DNA of 64,000 nt from Candidatus Latescibacterota bacterium (GTDB taxonomy: Bacteria; Latescibacterota; UBA2968; UBA8231), in assembly GCA_965203175.1 (NCBI GenBank), contig OZ241867.1, forward strand, positions 5,248,001 through 5,312,000, given 5' to 3'. A program made the translations under genes and the position numbers. The notes beneath the pieces are model-generated. The model did not search any database, was not told the DNA's origin, and saw only the letters and a list, made by a program, of their open reading frames with translations. Positions 37,694 to 47,340 of this stretch are shown here, in pieces (the stretch's first letter is position 1; each line of letters opens with the position of its first letter).

Positions 37694-38536
37694 GTGAGAA
37701 CCCTTAAATACACCATTCTGCTCGCCAATGCCCTGCTCATCGCCTGCGGCGACGATGACAATCCCATTGACGGCAGTAGAGATCATACTGGTAATACAGA
37801 GAGCCGTGGACGAGGACAACTCGCCGCGGCTCAAGAGCACGATGGCGGGGGCAATGCGATTGGGAATGCAGAGAGCCATTGGCGGGGGATCGAGATCCGT
37901 CCCGAAAGTAGATGTTCTCCCTATGATCGCAGCGACTATCGCTACCCACAGTCCGTCGAGCTTGTCATTATCAAAGAGCTCGGCGGCATATACAGCCCGT
38001 ACACGGGACGCTGTTTTTCTAGCCGGTGGGAGACGGACATCGAGCACATAGTCGCGCTTTCCGAAGCGCACGACAGTGGGCTATGCGAGCCTGTCCCCAA
38101 TATCATGCAGCTGCGTCAAACCTTTGCTTCCGATCCGCTCAACCTGACGCTTGCAAGCCCCGAATTAAACCGCGGCCGCAAGCGACACTACGATGGTGCC
38201 GAATGGATGCCGCCCATGAATAGATGCTGGTTTGCCCAGCGCATCGTCGAAGTGCGCAGCGAGTATGGCCTCACTATTGACCGCAGAGAAGCGGAAGCAC
38301 TGGAGCGCATACTTTCGACGTGCTCTTCTGTCGAGATGGAGTTTATTGATTGTGCAGCGGAGGTCTCGGAAGTTAGACTGGCAAGCTCAGATGCGCTTAG
38401 CGAGTATGACGACGACGGCAATGGGCGCATCACTTGCGCGGAGGCGCGACGGCATGGCATTGCTCCGGTGCCGCGCAACCATCCGGCCTATCCATTTATG
38501 AACGACGGGGATGGCGACGGCGTCGTATGCGAATGA
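37694..38536 (+). CDS. Lipoprotein with HNH/DUF1524-like nuclease domain and C-terminal Excalibur Ca-binding domain
   Basis: Lipobox LIAC; TDIEHIVALSEAHDSG, FASDPLNLTLASPELNRGRK, AEWMP...CWF; ITCAEARRHGIAPV...HPAY..MNDGDGDGVVCE. Confidence 0.85.
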   Translation: MRTLKYTILLANALLIACGDDDNPIDGSRDHTGNTESRGRGQLAAAQEHDGGGNAIGNAESHWRGIEIRPESRCSPYDRSDYRYPQSVELVIIKELGGIYSPYTGRCFSSRWETDIEHIVALSEAHDSGLCEPVPNIMQLRQTFASDPLNLTLASPELNRGRKRHYDGAEWMPPMNRCWFAQRIVEVRSEYGLTIDRREAEALERILSTCSSVEMEFIDCAAEVSEVRLASSDALSEYDDDGNGRITCAEARRHGIAPVPRNHPAYPFMNDGDGDGVVCE

Positions 38537-38618
38537 ACCATCATCCGGCTCAAATCGTCGCTGGCCGTATTCTATCGGAGTCTGTACTGTTATTTTATCT
38601 GAGACTTGGAGGATCGCG

Positions 38619-38855
38619 ATGAAGGAAATAGGTATTTCCGAATTCAAGGCGAAGTGCATCGACGAATTGAAGAAGGTGCAACGGACGGGGGAACCGCTCC
38701 TCGTGACCTTGAACAAACGGCCCATAGCCACGGTCAACCCATACCGCGAAGAAAGCCGCTCAAACAGAGAGCTAGGCAAACTGCGCGGCCGGATGACTAT
38801 CCACGGCGACATCGTTCATACTGATTTCGGGGATGAGTGGGAGATGAATTCGTGA
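38619..38855 (+). CDS. vapB: Phd/YefM family antitoxin (VapB)
   Basis: MKEIGISEFKAKC...VQRTGEPLLVT..KRPIA; RBS GGAGG. Confidence 0.85.
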   Translation: MKEIGISEFKAKCIDELKKVQRTGEPLLVTLNKRPIATVNPYREESRSNRELGKLRGRMTIHGDIVHTDFGDEWEMNS

Positions 38856-39253
38856 GGATCCTACTCGATACGCATGTATGGATCTGGTCACAGGAATCGC
38901 CGGAACAACTCGGTCCAGACGCACGGAGTACCGTCGCCGACGAGGCCAATGCACTTCTCGTCTCAACTGCATCATCGCTGGAAATCGCACGCTTAGTGTG
39001 GGGAGGCCGGCTGACCCTAGCAGGCCGACTTGAGACTTGGATATCCGAATCGCTCGATGCACTGCTCGCCGAAACCGTTCCCCTCACTCACGAGATCGCC
39101 ATCGCGGCCTATAATCTACCCGGGGAATTTCACCGCGACCCTGCCGACCGAATGCTAGTCGCTACCGCCGTCGTGCACGACCTGACCTTTATGACCGCTG
39201 ACGAGCGCATCCTAGCTTATTCCCATCTACTCTCGCTCGACGCACGCAAATGA
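38852..39253 (+). CDS. vapC: PIN-domain toxin VapC
   Basis: ILLDTHVWIW, STASSLEI, HRDPADRMLVATA, TADERI; GTG start overlaps the antitoxin stop. Confidence 0.9.
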   Translation: MRILLDTHVWIWSQESPEQLGPDARSTVADEANALLVSTASSLEIARLVWGGRLTLAGRLETWISESLDALLAETVPLTHEIAIAAYNLPGEFHRDPADRMLVATAVVHDLTFMTADERILAYSHLLSLDARK

Positions 39254-40863
39254 ACGAAAATCGGCGAGTTAAAGACGTTGCAGGGTACCTGAAGGAAGTC
39301 TCAAAGATAAAAGCTGAATGGACCAACTCTACTTTGGTATTTCGAGGTCAGGAAAACGAGGAGTGGCCTTTGGCGTCTTCAGCGGAGCGCCGTCTGAAGA
39401 AGAGTCTCCCAAGCCAAAACAGAATACCCGACCGATTATTCATTGAATACCACGAAGACCTGCTGAAGAAATGCAAGCAGAAGAACTACGACCAGCGCGA
39501 GCGGAAGCAATTAGACGACTTAGAGCTACTCGCTGATCTTCAGCATCACGGAGCTGCAACCTGCATAGACTTTACGCGCAATGCCCTCGTCGCTTTGTGG
39601 TTCGCCTGTGAAAAGTCAGAGAAGAATGGGAAGGTATTTGTCGTCAATAGAGCTGCTGAGAAGACCTTTTCGGAAATAGCGCACGAGATAAAAAAACCAA
39701 TAAGCTACATCCTCCAGTTCAAAGCCCGTGAGACCAATAATGATCAGGAGATCGGACGTCCGACACCGGAAACTTTAGCGGTATCCCCAAACAAATCAAC
39801 CTTCTGGCACTGGACACCGGCCCACCTGAACGAACGCATAACGGCGCAGCACTCTCTATTCCTCTTCGGCCTCCCTTCATCGGAAGACCTGAATTCGGAA
39901 GAGATACTCATCGAATCAGGAAATAAAAAACTGATACGAAGAGAGTTGGAAGAACTACACGACATCCATGAAGAATCTCTCTTCCCGGATTTCGTGGGCT
40001 TTGCCCATACTCAGCGTTATAATGCTCCCTACTCCACTCCTGATGCCAAGGAATATTTCCGCCGCGGAGTTGAGGCAGGTCAACGGGGGCAATATTCGGA
40101 AGCCATCGAAAAATTTACCAAGGCAATTCGACTAGACCCGGATGATCCCGAAAAGTATCATCTTCGTGGCCGTGCTTACCTTGACAGAGGCGATTATGAC
40201 CACGCGATCCAAGATTTGACCAATGCGATTTCACGAGATTTTAAGTTCGCCGACACATATTTCCTTCGCGGCCATGCTTACCTCAAAAAAAACAAACATG
40301 AAGACGCGATTAAAGACTTTGCCAACGCGATTCGACTTCAACCGGATGCCTTTAACTATATTATGCGCAGCTATGCCTACTACGGAAAGGGAAAGTACTG
40401 CCACGCCATCCAAGATGCTACAAAGGCGATTCAGCTTAAACCGGATTTCGCTGAAGCATATTATGCACGTGGCCTTGCTTATTTCAGCAAGGAAAAGTAT
40501 GACCTAACGATTATAAACACTACCGAAGCGATTCAACTTAAATCGGATTATGCCGAAGCCTATGGTATTCGTGGTCTTTCCTATAGAAGAAAAGACGAAT
40601 ATGAAAACGCCATCCACAATTTTACCAAGACGATTGAACTGAATCCCGAATGGGAAAACACCTATTACTTTCGAGGCGTTACCCTGTTAGCCTTGGAAAG
40701 ATGGCAGGAAGCCAAATTAGATCTGACCACCGCTAAGAATATGGGATTGAACATCGTCTCTTCCTTTCGACGGGAGTACAACAGCGTCGCCGACTTTGAG
40801 CAAGAAACCGGAATTACCTTGCCAGAAGACATAGCGGCAATGCTGACAGAAAGCGAAAATTGA
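39250..40863 (+). CDS. FRG-domain protein with C-terminal TPR array
   Basis: VFRGQ...WPLASS, LQHHGAAT.IDFTRNALVALWFAC, NERITAQHSLF, LFPD; about 7-8 TPRs (A...RG..Y...YD.AI.D...AI.L.P). Confidence 0.88.
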   Translation: MNENRRVKDVAGYLKEVSKIKAEWTNSTLVFRGQENEEWPLASSAERRLKKSLPSQNRIPDRLFIEYHEDLLKKCKQKNYDQRERKQLDDLELLADLQHHGAATCIDFTRNALVALWFACEKSEKNGKVFVVNRAAEKTFSEIAHEIKKPISYILQFKARETNNDQEIGRPTPETLAVSPNKSTFWHWTPAHLNERITAQHSLFLFGLPSSEDLNSEEILIESGNKKLIRRELEELHDIHEESLFPDFVGFAHTQRYNAPYSTPDAKEYFRRGVEAGQRGQYSEAIEKFTKAIRLDPDDPEKYHLRGRAYLDRGDYDHAIQDLTNAISRDFKFADTYFLRGHAYLKKNKHEDAIKDFANAIRLQPDAFNYIMRSYAYYGKGKYCHAIQDATKAIQLKPDFAEAYYARGLAYFSKEKYDLTIINTTEAIQLKSDYAEAYGIRGLSYRRKDEYENAIHNFTKTIELNPEWENTYYFRGVTLLALERWQEAKLDLTTAKNMGLNIVSSFRREYNSVADFEQETGITLPEDIAAMLTESEN

Positions 40864-40903
40864 CTCCGTACACCTCTAAGCCCACCCCATGAGGAGCACC
40901 CAC

Positions 40904-41722
40904 ATGAAACTCACCACCTGCAACGAGTACTTCGCCGACTGGCCCATCGAAGAGGTCTTCGACTACGCCGCCGACCTCGGCTACGAAGCCGTCGAAATCG
41001 CCCCCTTTACTCTCGCCGACAGCGTCGAAGACATCTCCGCGTCGCGCCGCGCCCAAATCCGCGTTGCCGCCGAACGCGCCGGCGTGGAAATCGCCGGTCT
41101 GCACTGGCTCTTGGCCAGTCCCGACGGGCTGTACATCACCCATCCCGACCCAGCCATCTACCAGCGCACCTGCGCGTACTTCAAGGAGCTAGTCCAATTC
41201 TGCGGCGACCTCGGTGGCCAAGTGATGATCATCGGCTCGCCCATGCAGCGCAACGTACAGGAGGGGTGGGATTACCAAGAGTGCTGGAACCGCATGCGCG
41301 GAGCGTTTGAAGGCAGCTTGGAATTGGCCGAGCAGCACGGCGTCTATCTCTGCATAGAGTCGCTGAGCAAGGAGCAGACGAACATCATCACCACCTGTGC
41401 AGAAGCGCGCAAAATGATCGCCGAAATTGACCACCCGCACTTCCAAACCATGGTCGATGTATGCTCCGGCTCGACCGAAGAAATTCCCGTCGCCCAGCTT
41501 TTGCGCGACTCCGGCGAGCACCTCTACCACGTCCACGTCAACGACGCCAACAAGCGCGGCCCCGGCTTTGGCAACACCGACTTCGCCAGCGTCATGCGGA
41601 CGCTCAAAGAGCTGGACTACCAGCGCTACGTCTCAGTAGAAGTGTTCGATTTTAACCCGGATCCGCGCACTATCGCCGCTGGCAGTTTGCACTACCTCAA
41701 GGGCCTTGCCGACGCCCTGTGA
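40904..41722 (+). CDS. Sugar phosphate isomerase/epimerase (xylose-isomerase-like TIM barrel)
   Basis: GYEAVEIAP, CIESL, MVDV, HVHVND..KRGPGFG, VSVEVF. Confidence 0.88.
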   Translation: MKLTTCNEYFADWPIEEVFDYAADLGYEAVEIAPFTLADSVEDISASRRAQIRVAAERAGVEIAGLHWLLASPDGLYITHPDPAIYQRTCAYFKELVQFCGDLGGQVMIIGSPMQRNVQEGWDYQECWNRMRGAFEGSLELAEQHGVYLCIESLSKEQTNIITTCAEARKMIAEIDHPHFQTMVDVCSGSTEEIPVAQLLRDSGEHLYHVHVNDANKRGPGFGNTDFASVMRTLKELDYQRYVSVEVFDFNPDPRTIAAGSLHYLKGLADAL

Positions 41723-41794
41723 CACAAACCCACCTCCCTTGACAGTAGCGCCCTTTTTGCGAACTTTCGGGCGCTCATAAAGAAAGGATTTCTC

Positions 41795-42163
41795 ATGCCT
41801 AACTACACCCTCAACCACGTCCACCACGAAGCCGTCGACGTCCACGCCGCGGTTGACTGGTACAAAAAGCTCTTCGGCGCCACCAACGATCCGCCCTTTG
41901 AGCGCGGCGGTGCGACTTGGGTTCCAGTTCATATCGGTGCCGTGCAAATCACCGTCACGGACCGCGAGTTTGCCCCCATGGAATTGGGGCGCTACCAAGG
42001 CTACGACCACATCGCCCTCGTCTCCGACGACTTCGATCAAACCCTCGCCGACATCGCCGAGCACGGCGTCGAGATCTGGATGGGGCCGGTGACGCTCGAC
42101 AACGGCAGCCGCATTGTATTCATCAACGGCCCAGACAACGTCAAGATCGAGTTGATGGAGTAG
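41795..42163 (+). CDS. VOC/glyoxalase family protein
   Basis: LNHVHH...AAVDWY..LFG; DHIAL; FINGPDNVKIELME. Confidence 0.88.
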   Translation: MPNYTLNHVHHEAVDVHAAVDWYKKLFGATNDPPFERGGATWVPVHIGAVQITVTDREFAPMELGRYQGYDHIALVSDDFDQTLADIAEHGVEIWMGPVTLDNGSRIVFINGPDNVKIELME

Positions 42164-42170
42164 CGCTAGG

Positions 42171-44048
42171 ATGGAAGTCCGCCCCTTCGGCTTGTGGCCC
42201 AGCCCCCTCTCGCCCGACGAGTTGGCCAGCTCCACGCGTCTCCGTGACCTAGCTTGGGATACCGACGGCCGCACTCTCGTCTGGCTGGAGGGACGCGGGC
42301 CAAAGGGCGTGCTCGTCTGCCAACAGCCGGGGGCCGCTCCACGCGATCTCAACGCGGCGCTCTCGGTGCGTGCCCAAGTCGGCTACGGCGGCGGCGACTT
42401 TGCCGTCGCTCGCGCCCACGCGTACTTCGCCGAGCACTGCGGCCGCCTCTATCGCCAGCCGCTAGCCGGCGGCCCAGCCCAGCCGATCACGCCTCAGTTT
42501 GGTCACGCCGCGTCTCCTGCGCCTGCGCCAACAGGGCGTCATCTCGTGTACGTCCACACGTACGAGGACCGCGACACATTAGCCATCGTCGATGTCGCCG
42601 GATGCTCTTGGCCGCAAATCCTCGCGGAAGGGGCCGACTTCTACATGCAGCCAGCCTGGCATCCCAGAGGCGACCGCTTGGCCTGGATCGAGTGGGATCA
42701 TCCGCAGATGCCTTGGGACGGCACCCGCCTAGTGCTAGGCCAGCTTGCGCGCAGCCGCCACGGGCTGCCCAGCCTGCGCACAACCGAGGTGCTCGCCGGC
42801 GACGCAGACACCGCCATTGCCCAGCCTTGCTTTTCACCCGACGGCCGCTATTTGGTCTATGCCTCGGACGAGCGCGGCTACAGCAACCTCTGGTGCCGCG
42901 ATCTCGCCAACGGGGACACGCGTTGCCTGTACGAGGACGCCAACGACGTCGCCACTCCCGCCTGGGCGCAGGGCATGCGGGCATTCTCATGGGCCGCCGA
43001 TAGCCACACTTTGTATTTCGTGCGCAGTGAAAACTCCCAGCGCTTAGCATACGCGCTCGACTTCGCCAGTGGAGCAGTCGCCAAGGTCGAGGCGCTGGCC
43101 GCCTACACCCACATCGAACAGCTCGCCGCGGCCCCGCGCGGCAAGGGCTTGGCCTGCATTGCCGCGGCCAGCGCGACCCCCGCCCGCATCGTCGCTGGCA
43201 CTGCCACCCAAGTAGCAGTCCGCGCCCGCTCCGCCAGCGAGTCGCTTGCCCCAGCCGATCTGTCTACGCCCGAGCCAGTTTCTTGGGCCAGCGAGGACGC
43301 CACGCAAGTCCACGGGCTGTACTATCCTCCGGCCAACCGCCGCTTTACCGGCCGCGGCCGGCCGCCGCTGATCGTGGCCGTCCACGGCGGCCCCACCGGT
43401 CAGATAGAGACCGGCTTTGAAGGCAGCCACCAATACTTTGCCACTCGCGGCTGGGCCGTCCTCGACGTGGATTACCGCGGCAGCACGGGCCACGGGCGCG
43501 CCTACATGACCGCCCTGCGCGCCCAGTGGGGCCTTCTCGACGTGACAGACGCCATCAGCGGTGCCCAGCACCTCGTCTCCAGCGGCCTCGCCGACCCAGA
43601 GTGCCTCGTCATCATGGGTGGTAGCGCCGGTGGCTACACGGTTTTGCGGGCGCTCACCACGCGGCCTGGCTTCTTCCGCGCTGGCATCTGCCTCTACGGC
43701 GTGGCCAACCTTTTCACCCTCGCCACAGACACCCACAAATTTGAATCCCGCTACCTCGATTCCATGATCGGCCCGCTGCCCGCAGCGGCTGCGGTCTATC
43801 GCAATCGCTCGCCGGTTTATGCCGCCGACCAGCTACGCGACCCGATCGCCATCTTTCAGGGAACCGACGACCAAGTTGTGCCTCCGGCCCAAGCCGAGGA
43901 GATCGTCGTCTCGTTGCGCCGCCGCAACATACCGCACGTCTATCATTTGTACGAAGGCGAGGGCCACGGCTGGCGCAAACCCGAGACCGTGCGGGCCTTC
44001 TACCAAGCCTGCGAGGATTTCCTCCGCCAACACGTCCTCTTTGCCTAA
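42171..44048 (+). CDS. S9 family (prolyl oligopeptidase/acylaminoacyl) peptidase
   Basis: [21 protein letters not shown] nucleophile, [13 protein letters not shown]. Confidence 0.92.
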   Translation: MEVRPFGLWPSPLSPDELASSTRLRDLAWDTDGRTLVWLEGRGPKGVLVCQQPGAAPRDLNAALSVRAQVGYGGGDFAVARAHAYFAEHCGRLYRQPLAGGPAQPITPQFGHAASPAPAPTGRHLVYVHTYEDRDTLAIVDVAGCSWPQILAEGADFYMQPAWHPRGDRLAWIEWDHPQMPWDGTRLVLGQLARSRHGLPSLRTTEVLAGDADTAIAQPCFSPDGRYLVYASDERGYSNLWCRDLANGDTRCLYEDANDVATPAWAQGMRAFSWAADSHTLYFVRSENSQRLAYALDFASGAVAKVEALAAYTHIEQLAAAPRGKGLACIAAASATPARIVAGTATQVAVRARSASESLAPADLSTPEPVSWASEDATQVHGLYYPPANRRFTGRGRPPLIVAVHGGPTGQIETGFEGSHQYFATRGWAVLDVDYRGSTGHGRAYMTALRAQWGLLDVTDAISGAQHLVSSGLADPECLVIMGGSAGGYTVLRALTTRPGFFRAGICLYGVANLFTLATDTHKFESRYLDSMIGPLPAAAAVYRNRSPVYAADQLRDPIAIFQGTDDQVVPPAQAEEIVVSLRRRNIPHVYHLYEGEGHGWRKPETVRAFYQACEDFLRQHVLFA

Positions 44049-44070
44049 AGCTCGCCCAAAGGAGCATTCC

Positions 44071-45501
44071 TTGCACTACGAAACCGTCATCGGCATGGAA
44101 GTCCACGTCGAGTTGCAAACCGCCTCCAAGATGTTCTGCGCCTGTGCGGCCGATCACTTTCAGGTGGTGGCCAACGCCCATATCTGCCCGGTGTGCACTG
44201 GCCAGCCCGGTGCTTTGCCCGTGATCAATGGCCGCGCTGTCGAGCTGACGGTTATGACCGGCATGGCTCTCCATTGCCAAATCAAGCCCAGCAGCGTTTT
44301 TGCGCGCAAAAACTACGTCTATCCCGACCTGCCCAAGGGCTACCAGATCTCGCAATACGAGCAGCCCCTGTGCGAGAGCGGCTGGATCGAGATCGACGGC
44401 GAGAGCGGCGCCAAGCAAATCGGCGTCGTCCGCGTCCACCTCGAAGAAGACACCGGCAAGCTCCAACACGCCGGCGGCTCCAGCCTGATCGACTACAACC
44501 GCGCCGGCGTGCCGCTGATGGAAATCGTCACGGATTCCTCGCTCCGCTCAGCCGACGAGAGCTATGCGTACCTGACCCAAATCCGCCAGATCGTCCGCTA
44601 CCTAGGCGCGTCCTCTGGCGACATGGAAAAAGGGGCCATGCGCTGCGAGGCCAACATCTCGATCCGGCCTGCGGGCAGCCGCGAATTGGGCACCAAAGTC
44701 GAGGTCAAAAATCTCAATTCCTTCCGCGCCGTGCGCAGCGCCATCGCCTATGAAGCCGAGCGCCAGCAACAGATCATCGAAGCCGGCGGCCACGTCCAGC
44801 AAGAGACCATGGGCTGGGACGAACGCGCCAATATCACCCGTCCGCAGCGCAGCAAAGAGACCTCGGACGACTACCGCTACTTCCCGGAGCCAGACCTGCT
44901 CGTCGCGGAGTTAGAAGACGAGTGGATCGCCCGAGTCCACTCCAGCTTGCCCGAGCTGCCCGCCGCCAAAGCCGAACGCTTTGCCGATGCCTACGGACTC
45001 AACCCACAGGAAGTCGCCGCCTTGGTCGAAGACCACGCCGTGGCCGCGTATTTCGAGGAAGCCGCACAGGTACAAGGCGCAGATCCCAAACAGGTTGGCA
45101 ACTGGATCACCGGGGAAATTTTCCGCCGCCTCAACGCCGAGGGCCGGTCGATTGAAGACATAGAAGTCCAGCCAGCCGCGCTCGTCGAGTTGCTCGCCTT
45201 AGTCAAAAAGGGCACGATCAACCAAAACGCGGCCCGCGAAGTCTTTGGCCAACTGTGGGAACAGGGCGGCTCGCCCGCCGAGATCGTCGCCGCACGCGGC
45301 CTCGGGCAAATCTCCGACAGCGGCGAACTCGACCAAGCAGTAGCCGAAGTGATCGCCGCGCACCCCGACGCCGTCGAAAAAATCAAAGGCGGCAACCACA
45401 ACACCGTGCAATTTCTGATGGGTCAAGTAATGCGGGCGACGCGGGGGAAGGCCAATCCGCAACTCGTGCAAGAATTGCTGCGCAAGCAGTTGGGGATATA
45501 A
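44071..45501 (+). CDS. gatB: Asp-tRNA(Asn)/Glu-tRNA(Gln) amidotransferase subunit B
   Basis: [59 protein letters not shown]; TTG start after GGAG. Confidence 0.97.
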   Translation: MHYETVIGMEVHVELQTASKMFCACAADHFQVVANAHICPVCTGQPGALPVINGRAVELTVMTGMALHCQIKPSSVFARKNYVYPDLPKGYQISQYEQPLCESGWIEIDGESGAKQIGVVRVHLEEDTGKLQHAGGSSLIDYNRAGVPLMEIVTDSSLRSADESYAYLTQIRQIVRYLGASSGDMEKGAMRCEANISIRPAGSRELGTKVEVKNLNSFRAVRSAIAYEAERQQQIIEAGGHVQQETMGWDERANITRPQRSKETSDDYRYFPEPDLLVAELEDEWIARVHSSLPELPAAKAERFADAYGLNPQEVAALVEDHAVAAYFEEAAQVQGADPKQVGNWITGEIFRRLNAEGRSIEDIEVQPAALVELLALVKKGTINQNAAREVFGQLWEQGGSPAEIVAARGLGQISDSGELDQAVAEVIAAHPDAVEKIKGGNHNTVQFLMGQVMRATRGKANPQLVQELLRKQLGI

Positions 45502-45546
45502 GACCCGGCTATCAGGGGGCGGCGAAACGAGAAGAAGAGTGTATAC

Positions 45547-45777
45547 GTGAATCTCGTGCGAAAACCTGTTGCCATCGTTGATCTTTTTTCTGGCCCTGGC
45601 GGTCTTAGTGAGGGCTTTTCTGCCTTCACTGATGATGCACAGCATCGCCCGTACTCGATCCGGGTTTCGATCGAAAAGGATCGATCAGCTCACGAAACTC
45701 TGCTTCTGAGGAACTTCCTGCACAAATTCAACTCCGGATTTCCAGCGCATGGTCCCCATACCGAGGGGAGTAGGAAT
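45547..45777 (+). pseudogene. N-terminal fragment of a C5 cytosine DNA methyltransferase, in frame with the Fic gene
   Basis: [15 protein letters not shown] (motif I) and [12 protein letters not shown]; no downstream PCQ or ENV motifs. Confidence 0.75.
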
Positions 45778-46833
45778 ATGAGTAACGGCTTTAGACCAGT
45801 CTTCACGACTACTCATCCGATCACCGGTGGGCTGACACACATCGAACGCGCTCGGGGATTCTTGGAAGCGGCTATGCTGTCGGAGCAGTGGGTGCGTGAG
45901 ATGGGCCAGCGCGCCTTGCTTCTGGAAGCGCACCACACCACTCACATTGAGGGAACACGCCTCACACTGGACCAAGCCCGGCGGCTGCTAGAGGGAAACC
46001 CTGTACCAGATGCCGACCCGGAAGATGCAAAGGAGTTGCTCAACTATCGGAAAGCATTCGACTTCGTATCCGAATATATTTCGAGCGGCGGTCCTATCAC
46101 GGAGGGGTTAATTCGAGAAATCCACAGATGTCTGGTCGAAGGTGTCCGCGGCGGTGCCGCAGGTCCCGGTGAGTATCGGAAGACCCAGAACTATGTGGTG
46201 AACTCCCTCACCGAAGAGATAATTTATAAGCCGCCGCCAGCTTACGATGTGCCGACCATGATGGCGGAATTAGTAGACTGGCTCCACCGGGAACAGGAGA
46301 TCCATCCCGTGCTGGTGAGCGGAATTGCGCAGTTCCAACTCGTGCATATCCATCCGTTCTTGGACGGCAATGGTCGCACCTCCCGTCTGCTTTCCACCCT
46401 GTGCCTCTATCGAGCCGGATATGACTTCAAACGCCTGTTCACGATCAGCGAATACTATGACCGGAACCGGACCGCCTTCTACCAAGCGATTCAAAGTGTC
46501 CGCGAAAGCGGCATGGACCTGACCGCCTGGCTGGAGTACTTCGTAGAAGGATTGGCCACTCAGCTTGCCGAGGTCAGGAGACGCGGAGAACGTGCCATCC
46601 GACGGGATGTCCTCATCAAGGAGCGAGGGCTGTCCGATCGTCAGGCCAAGGCGCTTAGCCACATTGTCGAGCACGGCAGTTTAACCATTCAGGACTTTGA
46701 GAACCTTTGTCCCGACGTCAACCGCCGGTCACTACAGAGAGACATTCGAGCCATGATTGAACAAGGGATCATGAAAGAAAAAGCAACGAGTCCTACGGAC
46801 CCCAATAAACGATACGTGTTCAATAATGAATAG
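45778..46833 (+). CDS. Fic family protein with C-terminal winged HTH
   Basis: [20 protein letters not shown] (canonical Fic motif), [12 protein letters not shown]; own RBS-like GGGGAGTAGGA before ATG 45778. Confidence 0.9.
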   Translation: MSNGFRPVFTTTHPITGGLTHIERARGFLEAAMLSEQWVREMGQRALLLEAHHTTHIEGTRLTLDQARRLLEGNPVPDADPEDAKELLNYRKAFDFVSEYISSGGPITEGLIREIHRCLVEGVRGGAAGPGEYRKTQNYVVNSLTEEIIYKPPPAYDVPTMMAELVDWLHREQEIHPVLVSGIAQFQLVHIHPFLDGNGRTSRLLSTLCLYRAGYDFKRLFTISEYYDRNRTAFYQAIQSVRESGMDLTAWLEYFVEGLATQLAEVRRRGERAIRRDVLIKERGLSDRQAKALSHIVEHGSLTIQDFENLCPDVNRRSLQRDIRAMIEQGIMKEKATSPTDPNKRYVFNNE

Positions 46834-46958
46834 CCTAGTTCGGAAGCTATGACAAGCTGTGACATGGAGCTATGACAAAATGAAACGCAACCGAGATCTG
46901 TCGTCGCCTGTGCCATGCCGAGGAGATCGACTGACCACAGGTTCCGATCTAGCCAAGA

Positions 46959-47015
46959 TCACCAAAGGCGGCGAACGCCATAACTATCGAAGAGCGGTTC
47001 AATTGAAACGATTAC
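46959..47015 (-). pseudogene. 3' remnant of a vapC toxin
   Basis: Reads VIVSIEPLFDSYGVRRLW*, matching the typical VapC C-terminus (..FD.YGV.R.W*), overlapping the end of the antitoxin. Confidence 0.7.
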
Positions 47016-47241
47016 CCTCCCAAGCTCCCAATTCCTCTTCTGGCAGCGGATCAAAGAAGCTCTCGTCGAGTTTTATCTGGCCCTTCATGGAGCCGAATTG
47101 CCGCTTGCCCTGCTTTCGGACACGCACCATCCGGGCCACCGGCGTACCGCTACGGGCGATGACGACTTCCTCCCCCGCCTCGACCTTTGCAAGCAAACGC
47201 GATAGGTTGGTCTTCGCTTCATGGACATTCACTTTTATCAT
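46999..47241 (-). CDS. Phd/YefM family antitoxin (orphan)
   Basis: VNVHEAKTNLSRLLAKVEAGEEVVIARSGTPVARMV...FFDPLPEEELGAWEG; RBS AAGGAG; TTAGCTAA palindrome at 47264-47271. Confidence 0.9.
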   Translation of the reverse strand: MIKVNVHEAKTNLSRLLAKVEAGEEVVIARSGTPVARMVRVRKQGKRQFGSMKGQIKLDESFFDPLPEEELGAWEGNRFN

Positions 47242-47340
47242 CGCCAACTCCTTGAGAATAAAGTTAGCTAAGAATATAGTTTAGCAAGCCTTCAAAGCCT
47301 TGCTAACGGCGCACGTGCCCGCTTGGCAAACGCACGCCTC

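Noticed and set aside
46846-46885. Short direct repeat AGCTATGACAA after the Fic gene as an att site or target-site duplication
   Set aside because: The copies are adjacent rather than flanking an element, and no integrase or transposase is nearby.
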